Positions 11,669 through 21,974 of a stretch of 64,000 bases of DNA are shown in pieces; the stretch's first letter is position 1; every line of letters starts with the position of its first letter. The stretch spans positions 1,120,001 to 1,184,000 of the forward strand of contig CBDCRP010000003.1 in the NCBI GenBank assembly GCA_965221165.1, written 5' to 3'. The notes beneath the pieces were generated by a model. That model had not been told where the DNA came from and did no database searches. It saw only the letters and a list, made by a program, of their open reading frames with translations. The position numbers were made by a program, and so were the translations under genes. The DNA comes from a bacterium. Lineage in GTDB: Bacteria; UBA8248.

Positions 11669-12926
11669 AACGGAGATTTTCTACCGGATCGACGCGCGAA
11701 GCACGCCACGCTGGGTAAAGTGTCGCCGCCAAACAGATTAACAAGGCGGACACTGCAGTAATAGAAACATCAAAAGACGTCATCTGCACCGGTAACTTCT
11801 CTATATGGTAAACGCTGGGCGGTAGGATGTCCAGGCCAAACACGCGTTCTAAAAAATCCTCCACTACATGGAGATTCCACCCCAGAACGAGACCTCCACT
11901 GGTTCCCAGCACAGCGCCCAAGAGCCCTATGAAAGCGCCTTGAACGAAAAAAATCCTCAAAATTGCGCCGCTCGTAGCTCCCATCGACTTCAAGATCGCG
12001 ATTTCGCGACCTTTTTCCATCACCACCATGACCAGGGAGCCTATGATGTTGAAGGCGGCGACAACAACGACCAGAAGGAGAAGTATGGTAAGCGTGGTTT
12101 TTTCCGTCTTTAACGCGGAAAACAGGTTACGATTCATTTCTTGCCAAGAACGAGACAAATATGCCGCCGGGAGGGTGCTCTGGATTTTGCGAGAAATAAG
12201 CTCAGCCGAGAAAATATCCTTCACCCGCAAATGCACCCCCGTTACAGAATCGCCGAATCCAAAGAAGGTCTGGCTCTCTTTCATGGAAATAAATGCGAGT
12301 CCTGCGTCGTATTGGTAAAATCCGCTGCGAAAGACCCCCACCACTTGAAATTTTTTTGTTCGGGGCACGAGGCCCATCGGCGTAATCACTCCCACAGGGC
12401 TCACCATCGTCACCGAATCACCCACCTTGAGGTACAAGTTCTTCGCGAGTTCGTTCCCGAGTATGACGCCGGGTTTATCGGCGCTGTTTTTTTTATCCAA
12501 AATCTTTTCTAATGCATCACCCTCGAGATACCTCTTAATATCTGTCACATCGATTTCCCGGGCAGGGTCGATTCCACGCACCACCGAACCCATCACGCGA
12601 TTCTTGGCTGAGAACATTGCCTGCCCATATACAAAAGGACTGGCCGCCACTACACCCGGCTGTTTACTAACCTTCTCCAAAGTATTCCGCCATTCTTTCA
12701 TCAATGAAGCACCTGATCTCGTCACAACAATATGGCTTTGTGTACCCAATATTTTTTCACGGAATTCCCGCTGAAACCCTGTCATCACTCCCACGACGAC
12801 GATGAGTGTAGCGACGCCCAGCGCGACGCCCAGCACAGATATCCAGGTAGTGAGTGAGACAAAAGCGAGTTTGCTCCGCGAGCGCAAGTGCCTGAGACCA
12901 ATGAACAGTTCCGTGGAAAAAGCCAT
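11661..12926 (-). CDS. lolC: Lipoprotein-releasing ABC transporter permease LolC/E
   Basis: LIVVVGVMTGF, VAAFNII, EKGREIAILKSMG, TLYPAWRA motifs. Confidence 0.9.
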   Translation of the reverse strand: MAFSTELFIGLRHLRSRSKLAFVSLTTWISVLGVALGVATLIVVVGVMTGFQREFREKILGTQSHIVVTRSGASLMKEWRNTLEKVSKQPGVVAASPFVYGQAMFSAKNRVMGSVVRGIDPAREIDVTDIKRYLEGDALEKILDKKNSADKPGVILGNELAKNLYLKVGDSVTMVSPVGVITPMGLVPRTKKFQVVGVFRSGFYQYDAGLAFISMKESQTFFGFGDSVTGVHLRVKDIFSAELISRKIQSTLPAAYLSRSWQEMNRNLFSALKTEKTTLTILLLLVVVVAAFNIIGSLVMVVMEKGREIAILKSMGATSGAILRIFFVQGAFIGLLGAVLGTSGGLVLGWNLHVVEDFLERVFGLDILPPSVYHIEKLPVQMTSFDVSITAVSALLICLAATLYPAWRASRVDPVENLRYG

Positions 12927-12928
12927 CT

Positions 12929-14461
12929 TCAGCCCTGATGTTTCCGCATAAGGGGAAAAAGGATTACATCCCGAATCGAGTGTGTATTCGTCAGTAGCAT
13001 CGCGAGCCTATCGATTCCGATTCCCTCACCTGCCGTAGGCGGCAAGCCATATTCCAGGGCCGTGAGATAATCCCAATCGATCTCATGGGCTTCCTCATCG
13101 CCGGCATCCCTCGCCGCTTCTTGTTGCTCAAAGCGGACGCGCTGATCGTCTGGATCATTCAATTCCGTATAGGCGTTGGCAATCTCGCGCCCGGCAATGA
13201 TGAGTTCAAACCGCTCCACAATATCGGGATCATCTTCCCTGCTCTTGGACAGCGGTGAAAGGGACTTGGGAAAATCATAGATGAAAGTTGGCTGCCTGAG
13301 TTTCGGCTCCACCAACTCTTCGAACAGATACTCCAGGACGTGCGCATGGCTCATTGCATCCGATATGGGGTAGCCCTTCGGCTCTGCGATTTCTTGCGCA
13401 AAAAGGCGGGCTTTTTCTTCAGCTTCTACTACTTCGCTCGGCGCGCCACCCACGGCCACGATGGAATCGTGCCATTTATATCGCGCCCAAGGCGCCTGAA
13501 ACGAGATTTCCTCGTCCCCATACTTCAGCACGTCACCTCCCAAAATATCCTGAGCCAAAGAGGCCACCATCTTCTCCGTCAATCTCATCAAATCGTTATA
13601 ATCCGCATAGGCCATATAGAACTCAAGCATCGTAAATTCCGGGTTGTGCTGCGTGGATATGCCTTCATTTCTGAAATTGCGGTTAATCTCATAGACACGA
13701 TCCATTCCACCCACAACCAGGCGCTTGAGATAAAGCTCGGGCGCCACGCGAAGGTACAAGGGCATTTCCAGGGTATTGTGGTAGGTGGTAAACGGTCTGG
13801 CCGCCGCTCCGCCGGCGATGGCCTGCATCATCGGGGTTTCGACTTCAAGAAAATTCAAATCATCCAAAAAGTGGCGTATTGACTGAATTATCCGGGTGCG
13901 CACCCGAAACACTTCGACCACCTCAGGGTTTGCGATCAAATCCACATACCGCTGTCGGTAACGCGCCTCCACGTTCTGTAGGCCGTGCCATTTTTCAGGT
14001 AGCGGCCTCAAACTTTTCGTCAATAGGTTTACCCGGCGCACCCAAATGGAAAGCTCGCCCATCCTCGTTCGGAACACGCCTCCTTCCACGCCGACGATAT
14101 CGCCAATATCAAGTTCCTTTGCGGACTGAAAAGCGTCTTCGCCTATTTCATTCATCCGAATGAACAACTGAATTTGTCCTGTTCCATCTCGCAGATCGAT
14201 AAAGGCGACTTTACCCTGCACCCGCTTGGCGATGATTCTCCCCGCCACGGAGAAATTCGTCTGTTTCGCCTCACCAAAACCATCCGTCGGCACTTCATCG
14301 AACTCTTGGACGACAGCGCCAATCTGATGGGTCGTCGAAAATCGATTCACAAACGGGTTGGCTCCGGACGCACGAATCCGATTGAGCTTTTTTCTCCGCT
14401 GTTGGGTCAAAACATTTTCATCATCTCGTTCATCTGGCAATGGTATCGTTTCATCCGCCAC
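12929..14461 (-). CDS. lysS: Lysyl-tRNA synthetase, class II
   Basis: [38 protein letters not shown] motifs. Confidence 0.98.
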   Translation of the reverse strand: MADETIPLPDERDDENVLTQQRRKKLNRIRASGANPFVNRFSTTHQIGAVVQEFDEVPTDGFGEAKQTNFSVAGRIIAKRVQGKVAFIDLRDGTGQIQLFIRMNEIGEDAFQSAKELDIGDIVGVEGGVFRTRMGELSIWVRRVNLLTKSLRPLPEKWHGLQNVEARYRQRYVDLIANPEVVEVFRVRTRIIQSIRHFLDDLNFLEVETPMMQAIAGGAAARPFTTYHNTLEMPLYLRVAPELYLKRLVVGGMDRVYEINRNFRNEGISTQHNPEFTMLEFYMAYADYNDLMRLTEKMVASLAQDILGGDVLKYGDEEISFQAPWARYKWHDSIVAVGGAPSEVVEAEEKARLFAQEIAEPKGYPISDAMSHAHVLEYLFEELVEPKLRQPTFIYDFPKSLSPLSKSREDDPDIVERFELIIAGREIANAYTELNDPDDQRVRFEQQEAARDAGDEEAHEIDWDYLTALEYGLPPTAGEGIGIDRLAMLLTNTHSIRDVILFPLMRKHQG

Positions 14462-14549
14462 CGGGGCACTCCTCCCATACCCTCTTTCAGCATCCCGTGG
14501 ATATTATTGTTTTCCTCATTCGTCTCAAGCTCAATTCAGCCCCCGGCGA

Positions 14550-15672
14550 TTACGCGCGCGTATTCGCCTTCTCTTCTATCAACGAGAGAAGGTAGGCGTC
14601 GATAAACTTATCGATATCCCCATCCAACACGGCATTCACATCCGAGAGTTCCACATCGGTTCGATGATCTTTCACCATCCGGTACGGATGCAATATGTAG
14701 GAACGAATCTGACTCCCAAACCCAATCGTCTTTTTCATGGCATGTTGGACTTCTTTTTCCTCATCGCGCTTTCGTTTCTCCATTTCATATAACTGACCGC
14801 GTAGCAATTTCATGGCCGTAGCGCGATTTTTATGCTGGCTTCTCTCATTTTGGCATGAGACCACGATATTCGTCGGCAAGTGTGTAATCCTCACCGCGGA
14901 ATCCGTGGTATTCACATGTTGGCCACCAGCACCCGAACTCCTGAACACATCAATTCTCAAATCGTTCTCATCGATCTCGATTTCCACATCATCCGATACC
15001 TCTGGAACGACATCCACGGAAGCAAACGAGGTGTGTCTCTTGGAACTGGCGTCAAAGGGCGAAATTCTTATCAACCGATGTACGCCGACTTCCGCTCGGA
15101 GGTAACCATAGGCGTAATCCCCCTGAATGATCAGGGTAACGTTTTTAATCCCAGCCTCCTCCCCTCCAAGTATGGAAACAAGACGCGCTTGGTATCCCCT
15201 CTCCTCCGCCCATCTCGTATACATGCGGAAGAGCATTTCGGCCCAATCCTGGCTCTCGACACCACCTGCTCCCGCATTCACGGAGAGAATGGCGTTGGCC
15301 CTGTCTTCCTCGGAATCCATGACCAGGTGAAACTCCAGGCGCTCGGTTTCTTCTAAAAGAGAGGAAAGAGCATTTTCGATATCACTCAGGAGTTCTGATT
15401 CGGACGTTTCTTCCATTTGGAGAAGCTGGAGAAGTTCTTTCTGTTCTTTGAGTCCCCCGTTCAGGTTCTCCCAATTCCGGATCGTTTTCTCAAGAGACGC
15501 GCGCTGCCTCAGTGTGTTTTGCGCGGTTTCAGCGTCGTTCCAAAAACCCGTCTCTCCGGCGAGTTTATCCAGCTTGGCGCATTCCGCCTCCAAACGATCG
15601 AGGTCAAAGCCGCCCTCGCAGTTCAAGGAGGCGTGCCTCCAGTTGCTCAGATTTTTTACACAAATCTTCCAT
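14550..15672 (-). CDS. prfB: Peptide chain release factor 2 (programmed +1 frameshift at CTT-TGA-C, 15609-15603)
   Basis: ATG 15672 (GGAG RBS) reads MEDLCKKSEQLEARLLELRGRL to CTT TGA; the +1 frame continues DLDRLEAE. SPF and GGQ motifs present. Confidence 0.96.
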
Positions 15673-15737
15673 GGATATCTCCAATCTTTCGAAACACAAC
15701 TCTATGGCCTGTCGGCATGGAGTCCACCTGGGCAGTT

Positions 15738-17285
15738 CTAATTATCATACCACATTCGAGAGTCCCGTCTGGAGCGAAACAGCAAAACCCCCGCCACAGA
15801 AACGAAAACACACAGATACGCGAACATATCCCCCATCCTGGCATAAGCGCTAGGGGCGTCTTTTTTCAACAAAATGGCATCAGAGTGTATCCACTCCTCA
15901 AAAAGGGGGCTTCGCTTTCGAATCGCTCCGGTAGGATCGACCAACGCGCTGATCCCCGTATTCGCTGAACGAACAATCGGCATTCGGAATTCCACCGCCC
16001 GGAACGCCACCATCGACAGGTGCTGTTCAGAGGCCGCAGTTTTCCCGAACCACGCATCATTCGTGATGTTGATGAGAAACTGCGCACCTTTCATCCGTCG
16101 CACCACACGGGGGAAAATGGCTTCAAAACAAATCAAGACGCCGAACTTCGCGCTGGCGGCATCAAATATCTTCGGCTCGTCTCCTGGCTTGAACGTCCCA
16201 ATCACCGGCACCAGTTTTTGCACAAAAAACAATAGTTTACCGAGTGGAACATATTCGCCGAAGGGCAGTAAATGCATCTTGTCATATCGGCCAATTTCCT
16301 CGCCGCGCGGGTTGAGGAGATATGCCGAGTTCGTTAATCCCGGCCCTTGTCTTACGTCACGCTCCCCGAGGGCGCCAAACAGCAGATAGGAATTCGTATC
16401 CCTTGCGAGTTGACGAAGATGCCTTCTCTCGTGCGCTCGTCGTTGGTAAACAAGAGGAGCCGCCGCCTCCGGCCAAACAACAATGGGAGGAGTGGCCAAT
16501 CCGTTTTTCGGGAAACGACCACTCAAGTCCCCCGTTAATTTTCCCATCTTCTCGAGAATGCTCTTTTGCCACCGGGGAGACCATTTGACGGCCTGATCGA
16601 CATTCCCCTGTACGATACCCACCGGACGCGCTGCGCCTTCCGTTTGGATAGGTACTTCGTGGAGACGCAGATAACCATAGCCCCACACAACCGCCGTCAT
16701 GAGCGAAACGCTAATGACAACAGCGTAGGTCGCTTTCTGCGGAAAGCGAAAAAAATGCCAAATCGCCGCGTTGACGAACACGATGACAAATGACACGCCA
16801 TACACACCTGCCAGATCGGCGATTTGAATAACATGCAAATAGCGATATTGACTATAGCCCAGTAGCGCCCACGGGAAACCCGACAAAGCATAGGCACGCA
16901 ACAATTCCAAGGAGACCCAAAGGGGCGCCGCGACTAGAAAGGTGAAAATGGAGCCACCCGCCTGCATACGCACCATAAAAAACGCAAATAGCGCCGGGTA
17001 CAACGCGAGATAAACCGCGAGGACGACGGTAATCAGCCACGCAAGGACCGCAGGCAGACCACCATAGGTGGTCATGGAAATCTTTACCCACCAGATGATG
17101 ATTCCGAACGAAATCAGCCCGGCCAGCAACCCCAGCACAAACGCTTCATGCGCTTTTTTTCCCTCCAGAGCCCACAAGAGGGGAACGAGCGCAACCCAGG
17201 CTAAAATTTCAAATTGAAACGGCGGAAACAAAGACGCCAGCAAAAGACCCGAGAATATGGAATATCCCACATCTTTCGCTTTCAA
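15738..17285 (-). CDS. lnt: Apolipoprotein N-acyltransferase
   Basis: TM helices, GFPW, VQGN, WPEAA, YDKMHLLPFGEY, ICFE, TNDAWFG, RSANTGIS motifs. Confidence 0.95.
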   Translation of the reverse strand: MKAKDVGYSIFSGLLLASLFPPFQFEILAWVALVPLLWALEGKKAHEAFVLGLLAGLISFGIIIWWVKISMTTYGGLPAVLAWLITVVLAVYLALYPALFAFFMVRMQAGGSIFTFLVAAPLWVSLELLRAYALSGFPWALLGYSQYRYLHVIQIADLAGVYGVSFVIVFVNAAIWHFFRFPQKATYAVVISVSLMTAVVWGYGYLRLHEVPIQTEGAARPVGIVQGNVDQAVKWSPRWQKSILEKMGKLTGDLSGRFPKNGLATPPIVVWPEAAAPLVYQRRAHERRHLRQLARDTNSYLLFGALGERDVRQGPGLTNSAYLLNPRGEEIGRYDKMHLLPFGEYVPLGKLLFFVQKLVPVIGTFKPGDEPKIFDAASAKFGVLICFEAIFPRVVRRMKGAQFLINITNDAWFGKTAASEQHLSMVAFRAVEFRMPIVRSANTGISALVDPTGAIRKRSPLFEEWIHSDAILLKKDAPSAYARMGDMFAYLCVFVSVAGVLLFRSRRDSRMWYDN

Positions 17286-19195
17286 GGCTTGCTTGTCTGA
17301 GAAGTACTTTTCCCAGCTCCTTCGGCAAATGCGCCCTCGCCCCCGAGCTTTTCCCTCAAGGCGGTCACAAGCCCCGGCGTAATGCCTTCTACTTCGAGCA
17401 GTTTGAAATCGCTCGCTTCCAAAACGCCTCTCAAGCTCCCGAACGTTCGCAGAAGCGCGCGCCTGCGCTTTGGACCCAAACCAGGCACATCGTCAAGACC
17501 GCTCTTTATTCCAGTGCGTCTGCGGCGCGTCCGGTGGAACGTCAACACGAACCGATGCACCTCATCGCGAATCTTTTGCAGCATGAGTTTAGGCGCACTT
17601 CCTTCTTTCAGTTGAATGGGGTCCGCCTGTCCGGGCAGAAAAATAACATCTTGCGCTTCCGGGTTCTCAGAACTTCTGCCTTTCGCAATCGCGCACAATG
17701 CCACATCCGCCACGCCGAGTTCTTCCAGCGCCGAGGCGGCCGATGAGAGTTGCCCCTTCCCACCGTCGATAAGCAGAAGATCGGGCAACTCCCCTCCTTC
17801 GTTCACCAAACGCTCCAAGCGCCTGAAAACAATCTCGCGCATGGAGGAATAATCATCGGGGGATTCCCCCACGCTCCTAATCTTGTAGCGACGATAGCCA
17901 TCTTTCAAGGAGCGCCCTTCCTGGAACATGACGCTGGCGCCGACGATATGACTTCCCTGTAAATTCGATACGTCAAACGCTTCAATCCGCACCGGCAGTT
18001 CCTCAAGCCCCAACGCCTGCCGAACTTCTTCGAGCGTTTTCTGCTCTTTGCTGACCAAAGCGCTTTCCTGTTCCATGGCATGCGACGCGTTCTCGCTCGC
18101 CATCTCGACCAGGCGGCGTTTATCCCCCCGACGGGGATGCAAAACAGACATCTTTTTGCCCCGCCTCTCGGACAACCATTGCGCGATAAGCGAAGCATCA
18201 TTCACCGGGGACGGCAAAAGCACTTCATCAGGGAAAAAAGTCTTGTTGTCGTAATACTGTTTCACAAATGCGGAGACGACTTCCCCATCGGGAACATCTT
18301 CTCGAGCGGCCACATGGAATCCCTGGTCTCCCAGCAACCTGCCGCCTCGAATAAAAAACAATCGAAACGTCGCTTTTTGTCCTTCGCGATGGTAGCCGAG
18401 CACATCCTGATCGCCCCCTTTCACGGATAACATGGTCTGTCGCTCGGTGACATGCTCGATTCCCTTAATCTGATCTCTCACCTTTGCGGCGGCTTCATAT
18501 TGCAATTCCCGGGAGTGTTCTTGCATCTGTTTTTTGAGTCTCCGAACCAACTCCTGATTTTTCCCTTTAAGAAAATCAAGGGCGTCGTAAACACCGCTTC
18601 CATATGCTTCCCGGCTTTGATAATCATCACACGGCCCCATGCACTGGCCCATTTGAAAATAGATGCACCGCTTCGCCGTTTTATCTTCAAGACCACCCGT
18701 GCAGGGCCTGATATGAAACGTTTTTTGCAAAAAACGAATCGTGCGTCTCAGGCTACTCGCCGATGGGAAGGGCCCCATGTACGAATCGCCATCTCCGGCG
18801 GGGCGACGAACAATGCTCAGACGCGGGTAGTCCTCGCCCGTGCTGAGCTTTAGGTAGGGGAAATGTTTGTCGTCGCGTAGCAGCACGTTATGGCGGGGCT
18901 TGTGCTTTTTTACATAATTACTCTCGAGGATGAGCGCCTCGATTTCGTTAGCCGTTACAATATGCTCAATCGTGGATAACTCTTCCACCATTTTTTGAAT
19001 CCAGGGCCCTCGGCCGGTCCTTTTTACAAAATAACTGCGCACCCTGCTCCTTAAGCGCAAGGCCTTGCCGACATAGAGGACATCTCCCGAACGGTTCCTG
19101 AAAATATAAATCCCCGGCTTCTCGGGCAAAGACTTCAAAAACGAGCGGTCCTCTCCCACGGAAACCAGTCTGGCGGAAAGTGCGGAATCACTCAT
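17282..19195 (-). CDS. uvrC: Excinuclease ABC subunit C
   Basis: PGIY...YVGKA GIY-YIG domain, [18 protein letters not shown]-terminal HhH. Confidence 0.97.
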   Translation of the reverse strand: MSDSALSARLVSVGEDRSFLKSLPEKPGIYIFRNRSGDVLYVGKALRLRSRVRSYFVKRTGRGPWIQKMVEELSTIEHIVTANEIEALILESNYVKKHKPRHNVLLRDDKHFPYLKLSTGEDYPRLSIVRRPAGDGDSYMGPFPSASSLRRTIRFLQKTFHIRPCTGGLEDKTAKRCIYFQMGQCMGPCDDYQSREAYGSGVYDALDFLKGKNQELVRRLKKQMQEHSRELQYEAAAKVRDQIKGIEHVTERQTMLSVKGGDQDVLGYHREGQKATFRLFFIRGGRLLGDQGFHVAAREDVPDGEVVSAFVKQYYDNKTFFPDEVLLPSPVNDASLIAQWLSERRGKKMSVLHPRRGDKRRLVEMASENASHAMEQESALVSKEQKTLEEVRQALGLEELPVRIEAFDVSNLQGSHIVGASVMFQEGRSLKDGYRRYKIRSVGESPDDYSSMREIVFRRLERLVNEGGELPDLLLIDGGKGQLSSAASALEELGVADVALCAIAKGRSSENPEAQDVIFLPGQADPIQLKEGSAPKLMLQKIRDEVHRFVLTFHRTRRRRTGIKSGLDDVPGLGPKRRRALLRTFGSLRGVLEASDFKLLEVEGITPGLVTALREKLGGEGAFAEGAGKSTSQTSKP

Positions 19196-21201
19196 GTTGT
19201 GATTTCGGAGGTTCTAAGACCAAGCTGCCGGCGCTCGATGGTGAGAATCTTGTCGCGAATCTCGGCAGCTCTTTCAAATTCGAGCTTCTGGGCCGCTTCG
19301 TGCATTTGGGCGCGAAGTTCGTCTAAAGCCAATGCATCCATCTCCGACAACAGGGGCGATTCCATATCTTCCCACTGGAAGGAGGTTTCATAATCATGAT
19401 CGCCGGATGTTTCCAATAGTTCATCCATCTTGCGGCTGATGGAGCGGGGAACAATCCCGTTCGCTTCGTTGTAAGCGAGTTGAATGCTCCTTCTTCTATC
19501 CATCTCATCGAGTGCCCGGCGCATGCTGTCCGTAACGCGGTCCGCATACATGATGACACGGCCATTGATATGCCTGGCCGCACGGCCCGAAGTTTGAATC
19601 AAAGAAGTTTCCGAGCGCAAAAACCCTTCTTTATCCGCGTCAAATATGGCCACGAGAGCAACTTCGGGCAAATCCAATCCCTCCCGCAGGAGATTGATGC
19701 CGATCAACACGTCAAAAACGCCCGAGCGCAGATCGCGAATTATCCGCACCCGCTCGAGTGCGTCGATGTCGCTGTGCATATACCGAACCCGGACCCCTAA
19801 ATCTTCATAGTACTCCGTTAAATCCTCAGCAAATCTTTTTGTCAGGGTGGTGACGAGTACGCGATCTCCCACCGCCGCCACCTGGCGCACCTCGGCCAGC
19901 AAGTCATCCACCTGTCCTTGCACTGGGCGAATCTCCACAGGGGGATCAACCAAACCGGTAGGCCTTAACAACTGTTCCACAATAACGCCTTCGCTTTTCT
20001 CTAATTCGTAGGGTCCGGGAGTCGCCGAAACGTAGATCGTGTTCTTCAGATTCGCCTCGAACTCTTTCATTTCAAGTGGGCGATTATCCAAAGCCGATGG
20101 CAGCCTGAAACCATACGAAACCAGGGTTTCCTTGCGGGAGCGATCTCCTCGGTACATCCCCCGCAACTGGGGGATGCTTTGATGGCTCTCATCTATCACC
20201 ACCAGATGATCGCGGGAGAAATATGAAAACAAGGTCGCGGGCGGCTCGCCCTGCAAACGCGCGTCGAGGTGTAAACTATAGTTCTCCACCCCGTGGCAGT
20301 AACCGACTTCCCTGAGCATCTCTATATCCTGCAAAGTTCGCTGCTGTAAGCGCTGCGCCTCATAGGATTTATCCTGCTCGTTCAATTTCGCCACCTGCTC
20401 CCACAATTCCTCCTGAATCCCTTCGATGGCGGACGAGAGCCTCTCCTCGGGCGTGATGTAATGGCTGTTGGGGTAAATCTCCACCCGGTCGAGTTTTCTT
20501 AAAGCGATTCCCCGCATCGGCTCAATCTCCGTGATGCTGTCGATTTCTTCCCCAAAAAACTCTACGCGAATCGCTTGCCCTTCTTCATGGGCGGGTATGA
20601 TTTCGACGACATCTCCGCGCGCGCGAAAAGAGGCGCGACGCAGAGCCGCATCCGAACGCCGGTACTGAATTCTTATCAATTGCGTGAGCAACTCCTCACG
20701 ATCCATTTCCATGCCGACAGAAATATCGATGTGCAGATCGAAATAATCGGCTGGTGAACCCAACCCATAGATGGAACTCACACTCGCAACCACGATGACG
20801 TCTTCGCGCATCAAGGCAGAGCGTGTGGCCGAGTGGCGCAGGCAGTCCAGCTCATCGTTGATGGAGGCATCTTTTTCGATAAAGGTATCCGTGGTAGGCA
20901 CATAAGCTTCCGGCTGATAGTAATCATAATAACTAACGAAATACTCCACCGCGTTGTTCGGGAAAAACCCCTTAAGCTCATTGTAAAGTTGGGCGGCCAG
21001 GGTTTTGTTATGGGCGATGACAAGCGTGGGTTTTCCCATCTTCGCGATGACATTCGCCACCGTGAACGTCTTGCCGGAACCGGTGACGCCCAAGAGAACC
21101 TGATGATTTAGTCCCTCTTCGAATTGCCGGACGATAGCGTCTATGGCTTCGGGCTGATCGCCCGTGGGCGAGAATTTCGAATGGAGCTCGAAGCTACTCA
21201 T
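19192..21201 (-). CDS. uvrB: Excinuclease ABC subunit B
   Basis: [35 protein letters not shown] motifs. Start ATG 21201 (ORF open from 21222). Confidence 0.98.
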   Translation of the reverse strand: MSSFELHSKFSPTGDQPEAIDAIVRQFEEGLNHQVLLGVTGSGKTFTVANVIAKMGKPTLVIAHNKTLAAQLYNELKGFFPNNAVEYFVSYYDYYQPEAYVPTTDTFIEKDASINDELDCLRHSATRSALMREDVIVVASVSSIYGLGSPADYFDLHIDISVGMEMDREELLTQLIRIQYRRSDAALRRASFRARGDVVEIIPAHEEGQAIRVEFFGEEIDSITEIEPMRGIALRKLDRVEIYPNSHYITPEERLSSAIEGIQEELWEQVAKLNEQDKSYEAQRLQQRTLQDIEMLREVGYCHGVENYSLHLDARLQGEPPATLFSYFSRDHLVVIDESHQSIPQLRGMYRGDRSRKETLVSYGFRLPSALDNRPLEMKEFEANLKNTIYVSATPGPYELEKSEGVIVEQLLRPTGLVDPPVEIRPVQGQVDDLLAEVRQVAAVGDRVLVTTLTKRFAEDLTEYYEDLGVRVRYMHSDIDALERVRIIRDLRSGVFDVLIGINLLREGLDLPEVALVAIFDADKEGFLRSETSLIQTSGRAARHINGRVIMYADRVTDSMRRALDEMDRRRSIQLAYNEANGIVPRSISRKMDELLETSGDHDYETSFQWEDMESPLLSEMDALALDELRAQMHEAAQKLEFERAAEIRDKILTIERRQLGLRTSEITT

Positions 21202-21290
21202 GAAGGGTCCTCTGCCTCCCACTAAGGCGGCTCGAAAAAACGAGCGGAAGAAAGTCTAACGGATAAAGGAAGACGGATAAACCCTGTGAC

Positions 21291-21860
21291 TCAAGCGAAT
21301 TGAGCGGGGTGGAGGTATTTTTCCCATACATTTTGCACGGTTCGAGGAAAACGATGGTTCAGGTGATGCAATATGAACGATTTTGGTTTCTGGGGCGGCG
21401 TTTTCAGCTTCAAGCCTGCCTCATCAGGCGTACGATCTCCTTTTTTCGCATTGCATTTCCGGCAACTGCAAACCACATTCTCCCAAATGGAGCGGCCACC
21501 ACGGGAACGAGGCAACACATGATCCACCGTTAAATACCCGCCTTTGGCGCCGCAATATTGACAAGTACTCTCATCGCGACGCATCACATTCTTTTTGCTG
21601 AATGGAATCCGACTCCTGCGCGGAACATAGACATACGCTCTCAACCGTATGACGGCGGGGAGATGAAACTCCATCGCTTCGCTGCGGACGATTAGGCCAT
21701 TCGTCTCAATGGTATCCGCTTTTCCCGTGATCATCATGCGAATCGCACGGCGAGCGTTGCAAACATGAATCGGCTCATATGTCTGGTTGAGCACCAAAAC
21801 GCGCGATTGCTCAAACACCCTATACGCTCCCCTTGAGACAAGTGGGCGACGGGATACCAA
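21291..21860 (-). CDS. HNH endonuclease (COG1403/McrA-like)
   Basis: VLVLNQTYEP, RDESTCQYCG, TVDHVLPRSRGG, CRKCNAKKG motifs. Confidence 0.9.
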   Translation of the reverse strand: MVSRRPLVSRGAYRVFEQSRVLVLNQTYEPIHVCNARRAIRMMITGKADTIETNGLIVRSEAMEFHLPAVIRLRAYVYVPRRSRIPFSKKNVMRRDESTCQYCGAKGGYLTVDHVLPRSRGGRSIWENVVCSCRKCNAKKGDRTPDEAGLKLKTPPQKPKSFILHHLNHRFPRTVQNVWEKYLHPAQFA

Positions 21861-21929
21861 TAATATCTCCGTATCCCTTTATGTCGACCTCGTTTCTCCT
21901 TGTCAACGAGCAATTGCTTTTTTCAGACA

Positions 21930-21958
21930 TTGCGAAAATGATGTCGCAAATTTATAAT
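21930..21958 (+). promoter_or_regulatory. sigma70-like promoter for the PBP1A gene, overlapping a TTGCGA-N8-TCGCAA palindrome
   Basis: TTGCGA(21930-35)-17 bp-TATAAT(21953-58). A divergent TTGACA lies at 21906-21901. Confidence 0.55.
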
Positions 21959-21974
21959 TGAAGGTCTTCGCAAA

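Noticed and set aside
21291-21860. HNH gene as a defence system or homing element
   Set aside because: Belongs to the widespread stand-alone COG1403 type; no methylase, intron or partner gene nearby.
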